Positions 55,118 to 64,000 of a stretch of DNA of 64,000 nucleotides are shown in pieces. The notes under the pieces are model-generated. The model was not told where the DNA came from, did not search any database, and worked only from the letters and a program-made list of their open reading frames with translations. The stretch is from IMG/VR virus record IMGVR_UViG_3300047472_000309, positions 246,655 through 310,654 of that record; one strand, given 5' to 3'. How positions within the stretch are numbered: the stretch's first letter is position 1; the number at the start of each line of letters is the position of its first letter. The translations under genes were made by a program, and so were the position numbers.

Positions 55118-56470
55118 TTACAGGCGCACTGCCGGTTGCTGATTCCAACCCCCACCGCCTTGGTTCCAGCTACCGCCTTGCTGGCCCCACTGCTGCTGCG
55201 GCTGACCGCCCCACTGGTTACCCCCACCCCAACCGGGATTGCCCACCGGACCGACCGGATTGGAGAGCGAAGCGCGTTGCGGCGGCTGCGGTTGCCACGC
55301 CTGACCCGGATTCCAGCCATGCGAGCTGCCGTAACCCACCGCTTGTTGCAGCGCGGGCTTGGAGCGCACCAGCGCTTCGAAGTCCGTACCACCTGTCGCG
55401 GTGCGCACCGGGGCACTGCTGGAGGCCGGAACCGACGGTTGCGCAGCAGGCCAACCCGGCGTGGCAGGCGGCGGCGTCGCCGGACGCTGAGCCGACAACG
55501 AGACACCCATCGCACCTTGAGTCGAGGCACCTGCAGGCGCATTGAAGGCCGTCTGGGTCTGCGCGATTTGCTGTTGCTTCTCGGCTTCCGTACCCGGCAC
55601 CGTACCTTCGTTGCCCGCTTGCATCGGCGTGGAACGAATTTCCGGCAGCAGTTCATCGAGATTTTCCAGCTGGTCGACCCAGTCCGCGTTCACGAGCAGA
55701 TTCTCCGGCAGGATGCCTTCGAAGCGCGAGATCAGATCGTTCAGCGGTGCAGCAATCGCTTTCACCGTCAGCAACAGCGCTTCGATGGACGGCGCAATCG
55801 TGCTATTCGAGCCACGATTGTACACCCCGGCGATGTCTTGCTCGGGTAGGATGTAATCCAGCAGGCCGATCAGGGCTTCACGATCCTTCACGCGCAGCTT
55901 CACGCCATGCAGTTCGTTTTCGCCCTTTTTCAGTTCGTTGTAGAACGGGAAGTGCGCCACCCCCACACGCGCGTAGCGCTTGTCGCCGACCGTACCGCCG
56001 CGCTTGATGAAGATCGACACGAAGAGCTTCTGGTGCTGGGTCGCACTGAGGCTATCCATGATTTTCTTCAACGCAGCAAGCGTCTTCTCGTCGGCGTTCT
56101 TCACCTTGGAGAGGAATTCGCTTTGCTCGGGGCTGAGCTTATGCTGCTCGGCTTGGCTGGTGCCGAGTTGCAGGAGCGTATGCACGATGGTGCCGAACAC
56201 CACGTTCATGCGACCATTGATCGCCATGCGAAAGCGCTCGAAGACTTCCGATTCGCCACGCATCACGTTTTCCTGCAACGGATGGAACAGCACCTTGGTG
56301 TCCGGGCTCGGATTAGCCTGGTGTTCGCGTGTAGGCAGCACCAGACGCTTACCCTTCATGGTGAGGGGCTTGCTATCCTTGCTCGTTTTGATCGACACGC
56401 AACCGTCGGTGGTCACGGTCAACCCTGCCGCATCCAGTACGGCTTCGTAGAACTTCAACATTTTACTCAT
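55118..56470 (-). CDS. Conserved core protein (phiKZ gp70-like) with a Q/G/W-rich disordered tail
   Basis: KRLVLPT, FHPLQEN..RGES; lies between the PicA-like and non-virion RNAP beta genes. Confidence 0.7.
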   Translation of the reverse strand: MSKMLKFYEAVLDAAGLTVTTDGCVSIKTSKDSKPLTMKGKRLVLPTREHQANPSPDTKVLFHPLQENVMRGESEVFERFRMAINGRMNVVFGTIVHTLLQLGTSQAEQHKLSPEQSEFLSKVKNADEKTLAALKKIMDSLSATQHQKLFVSIFIKRGGTVGDKRYARVGVAHFPFYNELKKGENELHGVKLRVKDREALIGLLDYILPEQDIAGVYNRGSNSTIAPSIEALLLTVKAIAAPLNDLISRFEGILPENLLVNADWVDQLENLDELLPEIRSTPMQAGNEGTVPGTEAEKQQQIAQTQTAFNAPAGASTQGAMGVSLSAQRPATPPPATPGWPAAQPSVPASSSAPVRTATGGTDFEALVRSKPALQQAVGYGSSHGWNPGQAWQPQPPQRASLSNPVGPVGNPGWGGGNQWGGQPQQQWGQQGGSWNQGGGGWNQQPAVRL

Positions 56471-56508
56471 TCTTCTCTCCTACCCTAGTTACCTAGGGGG
56501 TTCCTTGT

Positions 56509-58038
56509 TTACAGTTGACCGAATTGCACCCCGGCCGTGCCATGGTACGACGCACCCGGTGCGATGTCGTTGGAATTCAACACCGCATTAAAGAGGCTAT
56601 TGAAGTCCGTCGCCAACGCGAGCGCGCGCTGATCGTTGTTGGTCACGATCGGCACGAGCAGCGCATCGCAGAAGCTCGGCAGCGTGAAGGTCTCGAAGGG
56701 TCCACCATTCATCGAGATCTCCAGGATCGACTCACCCAGCAAATCGAGCTTCAGGTTAAACGCGTAATCCAGCGTGTTGCTGTACGACACATCGTTCAGC
56801 ACTTCGTTGGCCACCCGCCACTTGAACTTCTCGATAAACTGCGTCATGTCGATCGTGGTGCCTGCCATCGACGGGAAGTCCCGCATGCCGGAGATGACGA
56901 TCTGCGGCTCACGGAATTCATTGCGGTTCGTACAGTGCACGATGATGTTGGCGATCGCAGACTCGACCATGATAGCCGGAATCGAATGCGCGATAATCGT
57001 TGCCACCTGCGTGTACTGGTTCGAACCACCCCAACCCACTTCACTCGAGGTGTTGTTGAAGAAGCCCCCGTGTTGGCCACCCATCGGGTTGATCGGCGAA
57101 GCCTGGCCCTGATACGAGAGCAGCGCGATGTCGTCGTCCATTGCGTGCGGGTCCAGACGTATCAGATCGCTGATCGTGAAGGAGTTGCCGTTCTGGCTGC
57201 CCCGGATCTTGTTGATCGCGTTCATGAACGGATCTTGCGCCACGGACTGCTCGACCGAATGGCCGCGCGCTTGCGAGAGAATCTGGTCGTGTGACTGACC
57301 AAACGCATCGAGCTTCAGCGCCGTCTGATAGTTTTCAAACAGCGCGGACGCGTAAGCCGTCGTATTGGCATTGCGCCGCCACGACTTTTGCGGCAGACCC
57401 GTGACCAAGGTGCGTGTATCGTTCATGTCCGCATTCGTCTCTTGGCCGAGATGGATACGGGTCATGGTCGAATACACGTCCGCAGGCCGCATGCGGAATT
57501 CCTTGTTCGGCTGATGCACGTTCTCCCAGGCATTGTCGACGATCACGTGCGCCGCATCCGCGACGTTATAATAGTCGCGATTGCCGATGGCGGTGCGGGC
57601 GGTGACCCGACGCAAAGCCATGGTGGAATTCACGTAGAAGAACATGTGCGGGTCGATGTTGCCCTGCAGGGTCGGATCAAAATACTCCGAGTAGCCGGTG
57701 ATGACCTGCGTGATTTCGACCCCTGCCGGTCCGATGTGATCCAACAGCATCATGAAGCGCAAGCGCCGCTCCTGCCAACCATGCGGGATCACGACTTCCT
57801 TTTCCCACGCCGCCGAGGGCAGGATAAACTGATTCGCCACCCCGGCGAGGGACGCCGGAGTAGCCGGTTGCTTCGGGTCCAGCCGGTCCGCCACCAGCTG
57901 TTCCACGTTCGGCGTCACGACCGTTTCGTACGGCCGACGGTACTGTTGGCCATGACCGCTGGTCTCGACCATGACAAGCTGACGCACGCGAAACTTGTCA
58001 CCCATCCCGTTACCTACGAAGTTGTTCAGCATGTTCAA
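56509..58038 (-). CDS. picA: PicA/Imp1 phage-nucleus protein import factor (phiKZ gp69-like)
   Basis: 509 aa, immediately downstream of the sigma-like non-virion RNAP subunit in the conserved gp67-68-69-70-71 order. Confidence 0.75.
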   Translation of the reverse strand: MNMLNNFVGNGMGDKFRVRQLVMVETSGHGQQYRRPYETVVTPNVEQLVADRLDPKQPATPASLAGVANQFILPSAAWEKEVVIPHGWQERRLRFMMLLDHIGPAGVEITQVITGYSEYFDPTLQGNIDPHMFFYVNSTMALRRVTARTAIGNRDYYNVADAAHVIVDNAWENVHQPNKEFRMRPADVYSTMTRIHLGQETNADMNDTRTLVTGLPQKSWRRNANTTAYASALFENYQTALKLDAFGQSHDQILSQARGHSVEQSVAQDPFMNAINKIRGSQNGNSFTISDLIRLDPHAMDDDIALLSYQGQASPINPMGGQHGGFFNNTSSEVGWGGSNQYTQVATIIAHSIPAIMVESAIANIIVHCTNRNEFREPQIVISGMRDFPSMAGTTIDMTQFIEKFKWRVANEVLNDVSYSNTLDYAFNLKLDLLGESILEISMNGGPFETFTLPSFCDALLVPIVTNNDQRALALATDFNSLFNAVLNSNDIAPGASYHGTAGVQFGQL

Positions 58039-59603
58039 ACGCTCCTGTTTGCTTGGTTCGTTGCGATTTCGATCGCCAGTTTTGCCATCTTAATCTTTAT
58101 ATCGTAAGGCACCGCATACCGCCGATCATTGGTGTTTTGGACGACCTTCGCGAGCCATCCCGCGGGCACCGTTAAGCGCCACTCATGTTCGCGAAGTTGC
58201 TTGGTCACGTGGTCGATGCCCAGCACAGCGACATTCTTTTCCTTTTGTGACTTCTGCTTGCCGGACTGCCGCCGCGCATGCGGATAGAGCTTATTCAGCT
58301 CTTCCACCATGTTCGCCGGAATCCGGGCTTGGGGGATCACACCGGTCAGCTGCAATTCCTGTGCGTTCGACTGGGCCACTGCTGTCATCAGCCCAGCCAG
58401 CTCGAAGTGACCCCGTTGCCAGAGTACAGCCTGTGCCACTCCCATGGCCTCCAGCACGGATTTCTTCGAGAGATACGGAAATGCACGGGGACTCACCGCG
58501 TCTTCCAGCGTCCACTGGATCAACGCCAACTGCGGGTCCCAGATGTGTTCGTTGGTCAGTTGTTTGACCGCATCCAACGATTCCAACAAAATCCCGAGGT
58601 TCTCCTTAAGCTCCGGGCACACGCGCAACGCCAGTTTGGTGGTGTCGCTGATGTAGTGCTCGACGATTGCGATGTCGCCTGCGGGAATTTCCTGCTTGAC
58701 CTTGTAGCCTTCCAGCTTCGAGAGATTGTTTTCGCTATCCCCCGACTGGCTTTCCGGGATCTTGGGTTTGACCATGCCCATGAAGCTGTGGTCATGACCC
58801 TTGACCTTCTGACCCACGTAGCGATAGATAAACGCCACCAGGTTAAAGTCCGGATCGGTGCCGCTGATGTCGCCAATCGTCAGACGGCGAATCACCACCA
58901 GCGCCAGCACCCAGGTGGAAAAGTCTTCCGTGGAAATCCCGTCGAGAATCGCCGAATCGAATTCCTTCGTTTGCGGCAAGCTCAATTCCACGTACTTCTG
59001 CAACCGTTCCATCGGCGGGCACTGACCTTCAGCCAAGATGTACGACTGCGAGAGCAACTGGAACGCCTTGTACTCCTTCCAGTTGGTCCCGTGTTCCTTC
59101 TCGGTGCGAAACACATACTCGCCCCACACCAGCAGCATTGGCCGCAGCACGACACTCAGCACCACGAGCTGCTTATAGTCTTCGCGCAGATAGGTACGGT
59201 CTCGCGTGCCGATGGCGCTGTGACTATCGCCGTATTCCTCATTGAGGTTGTGCGGCATGGCAATGTCGCTGTGGAAATCAATCCACGAGCGCACATCGTC
59301 GAGCTTGTGCAGCGCGCACAGCTCGGCGATCTGGGGCAACAGCGCCCGAGCCAGATCCTCGGTTTCCCAGATTTCGTCGAAGGTGATGTGAATGCGCTTG
59401 TACACCTCGAAGATCTGGTCCTGGGCTTCCATCGGCTGCTTGTCCCAGAACCCATTGATCTGGTGGAAGATGTCCACATCAGGCTTGATCGACGCCTTAT
59501 CAATCAGCTTGATATTCCACTTCAGTTCCTGATCACGGTGACGTAGGAGCGCAACCGTCTGGTCCCCCAGATGGCCTTCCCGATCGGTGACTACACGCAT
59601 CAT
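58035..59603 (-). CDS. Non-virion RNA polymerase sigma-like subunit (phiKZ gp68-like)
   Basis: Start MMRVV with SD AGGAG; RDRTYLREDY..L..LS; synteny; ~520 aa. Confidence 0.75.
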   Translation of the reverse strand: MMRVVTDREGHLGDQTVALLRHRDQELKWNIKLIDKASIKPDVDIFHQINGFWDKQPMEAQDQIFEVYKRIHITFDEIWETEDLARALLPQIAELCALHKLDDVRSWIDFHSDIAMPHNLNEEYGDSHSAIGTRDRTYLREDYKQLVVLSVVLRPMLLVWGEYVFRTEKEHGTNWKEYKAFQLLSQSYILAEGQCPPMERLQKYVELSLPQTKEFDSAILDGISTEDFSTWVLALVVIRRLTIGDISGTDPDFNLVAFIYRYVGQKVKGHDHSFMGMVKPKIPESQSGDSENNLSKLEGYKVKQEIPAGDIAIVEHYISDTTKLALRVCPELKENLGILLESLDAVKQLTNEHIWDPQLALIQWTLEDAVSPRAFPYLSKKSVLEAMGVAQAVLWQRGHFELAGLMTAVAQSNAQELQLTGVIPQARIPANMVEELNKLYPHARRQSGKQKSQKEKNVAVLGIDHVTKQLREHEWRLTVPAGWLAKVVQNTNDRRYAVPYDIKIKMAKLAIEIATNQANRSV

Positions 59604-59655
59604 TTTCTCCTGCGTAATAAACGTTGTAACGACTCTTTGGATACTGCTCAGTGTA

Positions 59656-59663
59656 GTAATATA
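59656..59663 (-). promoter_or_regulatory. Early promoter TATATTAC
   Basis: Exact match 53 nt upstream of the gp68-like start. Confidence 0.75.
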
Positions 59664-59805
59664 GGTTTTCAACGAGTTTGAATCCACGAGGGATTCTCGG
59701 GTATTCTGTCGTGTTAGGAAAAGGCTGGATCACCCCCATCAGACCACGCCTACCCAAGCGTGGTCTGAGGGAGTGTATCCATTAAGCTATGCTACTGCCG
59801 GGTGC

Positions 59806-60570
59806 TTAGAAGGGCAAGTCGTCTCCGGCGCCGTCGCTACCACCTGCGAAGCCCGAATCGTTGCCGCCACCGCCACCACCGCCGCGGTTATATCCACCAC
59901 CGCCACCACCTTGGCCACCACGGTTGTAACCACCGCCACCACCACCGCCACGATTGAAGCCGCCACCCTGGCCGCCTTCCTTCGGAATCGGTTCTTCCCA
60001 GTGCGACACTTGCATGTGCGCGAGCATCTCGGTGAGCAGATTCCAGTACGCTTCAGCGGCGACCTTCGAGGCTTCGGCCGCCGAGTAGTACTCGCCCGTG
60101 CCGTGCTTGAGCAAATGGAAGTCCGAGAGCTGGAAGTTGAACTTGATGCGCGGCCGGTCCTTGGCCATCACGCCCATCCACACCACGCCGTCCTTGTCCT
60201 TGCCGACGAACAGTTCGGACTGCACCACCGGCTTTTCGCTGCGCTTGCCGCCGGGGAAGATGAAGTTCTTGTTCTCGATCGAGTTCTTGAACTCGTCCTT
60301 GCCGCCCGTGCCGGGGATGAAGTCGATCGCTTGACGCAGCAGGTTCAGGAAGCCGTAGAATGCAGGCGTATCCATGTTCGCGCTGATCTTGCCGTAGTTC
60401 GTGTCGCGGTCGCTGTCCACATTCGTGTAAACAGTGATACGCGGGTTGTTCGCGAAAAGCCCCCACTGGAGCGACGCGAATTTGCCTTCCTGGTTCTTCG
60501 CCGACATCTGCAGCTTCTTGTTGTCGAGCGGAGTCTTCTTGCGCGGTGCTGCTTTGAAATCGCCTGCCAT
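59806..60570 (-). CDS. chmC: ChmC-like nucleus-associated nucleic-acid-binding protein (phiKZ gp67-like)
   Basis: Position upstream of the gp68-like gene; NNPRITV core; RGG/G-rich tail ending DDLPF. Confidence 0.7.
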   Translation of the reverse strand: MAGDFKAAPRKKTPLDNKKLQMSAKNQEGKFASLQWGLFANNPRITVYTNVDSDRDTNYGKISANMDTPAFYGFLNLLRQAIDFIPGTGGKDEFKNSIENKNFIFPGGKRSEKPVVQSELFVGKDKDGVVWMGVMAKDRPRIKFNFQLSDFHLLKHGTGEYYSAAEASKVAAEAYWNLLTEMLAHMQVSHWEEPIPKEGGQGGGFNRGGGGGGGYNRGGQGGGGGGYNRGGGGGGGNDSGFAGGSDGAGDDLPF

Positions 60571-60625
60571 GATGCGTTTTCCTATTGGTTTTATGGTACT
60601 CAGACCATAGGTCGGGTGAATAAAT

Positions 60626-61486
60626 TTACACTAGGATTTCTAGGAGCAGCTTGCGCGTCTCCAAATCCTCCAACTGACCGATGTTCTGGCGGATCTTCTC
60701 ATCCGTCGTCACCGCCGACCAGTTGTACTTCGTTGCCAGCTCGATCACCTGTCGCCGAATGCGAATCGGCATCTGGAAAAAGGTGCGCGAATCTCCAAAG
60801 ACCTGGATGAAATCTTCCCGAAACGGGATCATCGAGAGTTCACGGCCATTCTGGTACTTGGTGTACCATTGTGCCCGCTTCTTGACGTTGCCCGTGTTGG
60901 ACTCCAAGAGGTCTAACGAGGAGAAGGCTTTCCACGACAACAGATCGTACGCAAAGTGCGTGAAGATCAGCGTCTTGGCTTGCTGCTGCGGGAAGAGCTT
61001 GAGCTTGAACACTCGAATGTCTTCACCGCCTTGTTGCTCCAGGGACTTCAGCAGCAGCTCGAGCGTCTGGTTTTTGATTTCCATATACTCTTGCTGCTTA
61101 TCCGTGTTGGCTGCGCGTAGTTTGGCATGCGGATACTTCTCCTTCATGCCCGCGTAGTTGCTCACGTAAAACACGACCTTGCAATGATTGTGCGTAAACT
61201 CCTGCACGATCCGCTTGATCTGATCCATTTCATCGCGAATGCCTTCGTCCAGTTGACGTGGCACGACCCCGCCTTGCACCTCCTTCGGTAAGGCACCCAT
61301 GAAGTTGCGAAACAGCGTTCGCAGGTTAATCCATAGCTCGCCGTAATCCAACAGCGGGGCTTTCTTGACTTTTGGGTCATGATCCGGATGGATACCGCAT
61401 GCGCCTTCGAGCGCAAGCGACGTCGCAACCGAAAGAGGATACTGACCAACTTCCCGTTCTGCAATCGCTTGTTCGAACATGCGCAT
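60626..61486 (-). CDS. Conserved core protein (phiKZ gp66-like), possible FEN/PIN-like fold
   Basis: WINLRTLFRNF, FTHFAYDLL, LLESNTG, QVFGD; synteny. Confidence 0.6.
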   Translation of the reverse strand: MRMFEQAIAEREVGQYPLSVATSLALEGACGIHPDHDPKVKKAPLLDYGELWINLRTLFRNFMGALPKEVQGGVVPRQLDEGIRDEMDQIKRIVQEFTHNHCKVVFYVSNYAGMKEKYPHAKLRAANTDKQQEYMEIKNQTLELLLKSLEQQGGEDIRVFKLKLFPQQQAKTLIFTHFAYDLLSWKAFSSLDLLESNTGNVKKRAQWYTKYQNGRELSMIPFREDFIQVFGDSRTFFQMPIRIRRQVIELATKYNWSAVTTDEKIRQNIGQLEDLETRKLLLEILV

Positions 61487-61497
61487 TCTCCTTATTT

Positions 61498-62625
61498 TTA
61501 CAGTACTTCGGGCATGATTGCTTGAGCCATCGCCAGGACATCGGAGGTGGCACCTGCATTAATCAGACGGTCCGTGAGTAATGACGTCACGTTGTCCTTA
61601 GTGATCGTAATCGGGACATACGTAATCTCATCATCCAAAGCCGCTTCCGCAGTTTCCACTTCCCCATCATCTACAGGCTGTTTGTCCCAGGTAAACCACG
61701 GCCACTTGCGAATAAGCGCATCCATGTTCGAGAAGATGGGGTTATCCCACGAACCTCGAACCCGCACGAATGACTCTTCCGGCAAGCCCTCTACTTGCTT
61801 GGCGATTTCCGCCAGCGTATCTTCTAACGTCATCGCCTCGCACTTAACTGTCACGAAGCGCATGGCGTCGACATTCTCCACAAACACCACGTCGTGTTCA
61901 TCACCGCGCCGATAGGCACGCACGTGCCCCTTCGGACCTTCTTCGCCATGCGTGAGCCGGTCAAACGAGCCTTGCGCAATAATGCGTTCATAGCGCGAGT
62001 GAATGTGCACGTGACCGATAAAGATCAGATGCTTCACAATCTTCAAGTACTCTTCGCTCGAGTGCTTCTGAGCTTTCACGATCGGTGGGAGCTGATACTC
62101 GAACTGACCGTGCATGAAGGCGTAATCGACTTGGGTGAGCCCTTTGGCTCGTAACAGGTCATGAACTTGGCTAAGGGTGGTTTCGGTGGAATTGGTCCAC
62201 TCATCGGGTACGAAGAGCAACCACTGATCGTGGCGCTCTTCGTACTCGATGGATAGACTTCTCACGTATTTGAGATCGGCGCCAATGCCTGTTACTTCGT
62301 TCAGTGACTCAAAAATCCGTGACTGTTTCCAGTCATGGCTCGGTGTGCCCTCTAGGACGTACATGCGAATCCCGTGCTTCTTGCACAGTCGCAGCATATA
62401 CGCCACCCACACCTTAATTTCGGTCACTTCATCATCGGGAAGTTCGAGCAACGTATCAAACACGTCACCAGCCAACACGATGATGTCCAGCTCGGCGGTC
62501 TCGGCGTTATCCGGAAAAGCAGTGCGGAGGTTCTTAATGATACGCTCCGCGGGATTTCGCGCGTGACCGAGGTGAATATCGCTGACTACTGCGATCTTCA
62601 GGTTAGAGGGGTTCCCATTCATCAT
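61498..62625 (-). CDS. sbcD: SbcD/Mre11-like metallophosphoesterase nuclease
   Basis: SDIHLG, AGDVFD, EGTPSHD, MHG, GHVH, QGSFDRL. Confidence 0.85.
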   Translation of the reverse strand: MMNGNPSNLKIAVVSDIHLGHARNPAERIIKNLRTAFPDNAETAELDIIVLAGDVFDTLLELPDDEVTEIKVWVAYMLRLCKKHGIRMYVLEGTPSHDWKQSRIFESLNEVTGIGADLKYVRSLSIEYEERHDQWLLFVPDEWTNSTETTLSQVHDLLRAKGLTQVDYAFMHGQFEYQLPPIVKAQKHSSEEYLKIVKHLIFIGHVHIHSRYERIIAQGSFDRLTHGEEGPKGHVRAYRRGDEHDVVFVENVDAMRFVTVKCEAMTLEDTLAEIAKQVEGLPEESFVRVRGSWDNPIFSNMDALIRKWPWFTWDKQPVDDGEVETAEAALDDEITYVPITITKDNVTSLLTDRLINAGATSDVLAMAQAIMPEVL

Positions 62626-63265
62626 TTTGCGTCGTCGGTTGGTCGGCGGAATTGCTCACACTATCTTTCTGTGCGGTAACTTCTTCCGTCTCCAACACGC
62701 CCGGCAAACCATAACGCTTAAAGATCGCATCCCAGCGTTCGAGATTGGTTCGCACCGAGGGCGGCAAATCCGCCATGAAAAGCGCGCGCTGCTTCAGGTG
62801 CGCGCTCAGATAATTGCGACCATCCTGGGGGGACACCCGTGAACGCAGCTCAGCGTTCCGGATGATATTCAGGATGTTACCGCCGGGCATGCGGGTGCGA
62901 TCTTTGCCCTGGATCGCTTTGATGCCGCTGCGATCAAACAAGGGCGGCACCGAGAAGATCACTTCGCCCTTGGCGTTAATGATGTCGACCTCGCGGTATT
63001 CATTGCCCGCGTAGTTCGCCCACATGTCCAGATTTACTTGCGGGTAGAACTCATTTTGGCCTTTATGGAAGACAGCCAGCCAGAGACCGACGAAAATGCG
63101 CTCTGGCATGCGTGCACGAGTTGCAGTTTCTTGTTCATCCAGCGATTGACGAATGGCATTGATTTCCTCCGTTGAGCGGCCAGTACCCGTCATGTCGATG
63201 TTACGCGTCATCCATTCCAGACGACGTTTGGCAGGGTTCTGATCGGGTTGCGTGGGTTGAGTCAT
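62603..63265 (-). CDS. Conserved hypothetical protein
   Basis: 220 aa; YREVDII..GEVIFSVPPL; overlaps both neighbours. Confidence 0.65.
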   Translation of the reverse strand: MTQPTQPDQNPAKRRLEWMTRNIDMTGTGRSTEEINAIRQSLDEQETATRARMPERIFVGLWLAVFHKGQNEFYPQVNLDMWANYAGNEYREVDIINAKGEVIFSVPPLFDRSGIKAIQGKDRTRMPGGNILNIIRNAELRSRVSPQDGRNYLSAHLKQRALFMADLPPSVRTNLERWDAIFKRYGLPGVLETEEVTAQKDSVSNSADQPTTQNDEWEPL

Positions 63266-63702
63266 GATGGGATGCCTCCTGAGTCAGTGGGTAGCACACC
63301 ATAATTGATCAAACCCATGACGCGTTTAAAGCTCGAGTCGTTCACCTGCACGAGCGAGCCCAGTGAATACTCCTGACCATTATCGCGAATGGTCGCCTGC
63401 ACCGTCAAGGTGATGGCATTGGTCGGATTCACGGTGGGGTCATTGTTGGCGTTCACTTCTACGACGGTGGCATCGAAGTAACCCGCGAAATACGGCTCCA
63501 GTATCTGGCGCAATTGCAGGCACAGCTGGGGAATGTTGTTACCATACTGCTGAAGGAGGTTCTGCAAGTTGGCAACATGACCTGGATAGAGATACGTCTG
63601 GATCTTGTCGGATTCGAAAAAGTGCGACAACATCAGGTCGACCTTCTCGGGCACGGACGTAACCCAGCCCTTCATGCTAATACTCGGAACGGCAGCACCC
63701 AT
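63262..63702 (-). CDS. Conserved virion-type protein (possible gp25-like wedge/sheath initiator)
   Basis: Start MGAAVPS, 27 nt after the late motif ATTCTATG. Confidence 0.55.
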   Translation of the reverse strand: MGAAVPSISMKGWVTSVPEKVDLMLSHFFESDKIQTYLYPGHVANLQNLLQQYGNNIPQLCLQLRQILEPYFAGYFDATVVEVNANNDPTVNPTNAITLTVQATIRDNGQEYSLGSLVQVNDSSFKRVMGLINYGVLPTDSGGIPS

Positions 63703-63750
63703 GGCAGATTCTGAAAGTTGGTAATGGACATAGAATCCACCCACTGAAAG

Positions 63751-63805
63751 AAAAAAAGAGCCGGGGGATAAAAACCCCCTCGACCACCGTCAGGTAGTCG
63801 AGAGG
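63751..63805 (-). terminator. Hairpin(s) plus a delayed T tract
   Basis: CTCGACTACC-TGAC-GGTGGTCGAG, then ...GGCTCTTTTTTT. Confidence 0.6.
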
Positions 63806-63812
63806 AAAAGCA

Positions 63813-64000
63813 CTACAGCTTATCGTCGCTCAGCCTCATCCAGCTGCTATAAACCGGATTCTTGCTTCTGATCCGATTCATAACGTTGTCATAGTTCATT
63901 CCCAATGCAGCCATGGCTTCAAATACATTAGAATAGCGCACACCCTCAATCGAAACAGGCGGAGATTTAGCTCGCTTTGTCTTGATAAGGGAATCACTTA
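63813..64000 (-). mobile_element. 3' end of a putative homing endonuclease gene (NUMOD1/HTH-type C-terminal DNA-binding domain)
   Basis: Manual translation ...PPVSIEGVRYSNVFEAMAALGMNYDNVMNRIRSKNPVYSSWMRL*; noticeably AT-richer than the flanks. Confidence 0.65.

Larger units (their letters stand above)
7160..63736 (-). promoter_or_regulatory. Dispersed late-promoter motif ATYCTATG (7160, 7754, 13226, 38206, 63729; variants at 29016, 36430, 60606)
   Basis: Found 26-70 nt upstream of mostly structural/lysis genes; contains the phiKZ late TATG consensus. Confidence 0.6.

Noticed and set aside
59806-60570. Classical SSB call based on the DDLPF tail
   Set aside because: The tail is SSB-like, but the position before the gp68-like gene and the RGG tail fit ChmC better; no bacterial SSB OB-fold motifs recognised

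Overview
A 64-kb segment of a GC-rich, phiKZ-like nucleus-forming jumbo phage (Chimalliviridae-type), with most genes on the minus strand. Family assignments come from recognisable motifs plus gene order matching phiKZ; no database search was run. From left to right: (1) a tandem array of at least 9 paralogous tail/baseplate-periphery proteins (1-7724); (2) hub/neck-type structural genes; (3) inner-body/ejected head proteins carrying S/A-x-E prohead-protease sites; (4) a plus-strand baseplate pair followed by a DUF6527-like gene; (5) a virion HExxH metallopeptidase; (6) the exonuclease/motif-A half of the split family-B DNA polymerase; (7) an early accessory operon whose genes share a repeated leader motif; (8) a modular endolysin, two long disordered proteins and a virion RNAP beta-prime subunit; (9) a putative tail-chaperone gene with a hidden -1 frameshift, followed by two macrodomains; (10) a second, divergent PicA/Imp1 paralog; (11) the conserved core block: SF2 helicase, non-virion RNAP beta-prime/beta/sigma-like subunits, gp70-like protein, PicA/Imp1, ChmC and SbcD; (12) the 3' end of a homing endonuclease. 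Three early TATATTAC promoters, late ATYCTATG motifs and a family of hairpin+TATG(C/A)C terminators are visible. The most notable observations are the duplicated nuclear-import factor, the T TTT TTT frameshift, the GGAATGAGTTGAT...AGGAGA leader repeat and a possible two-class termination code.
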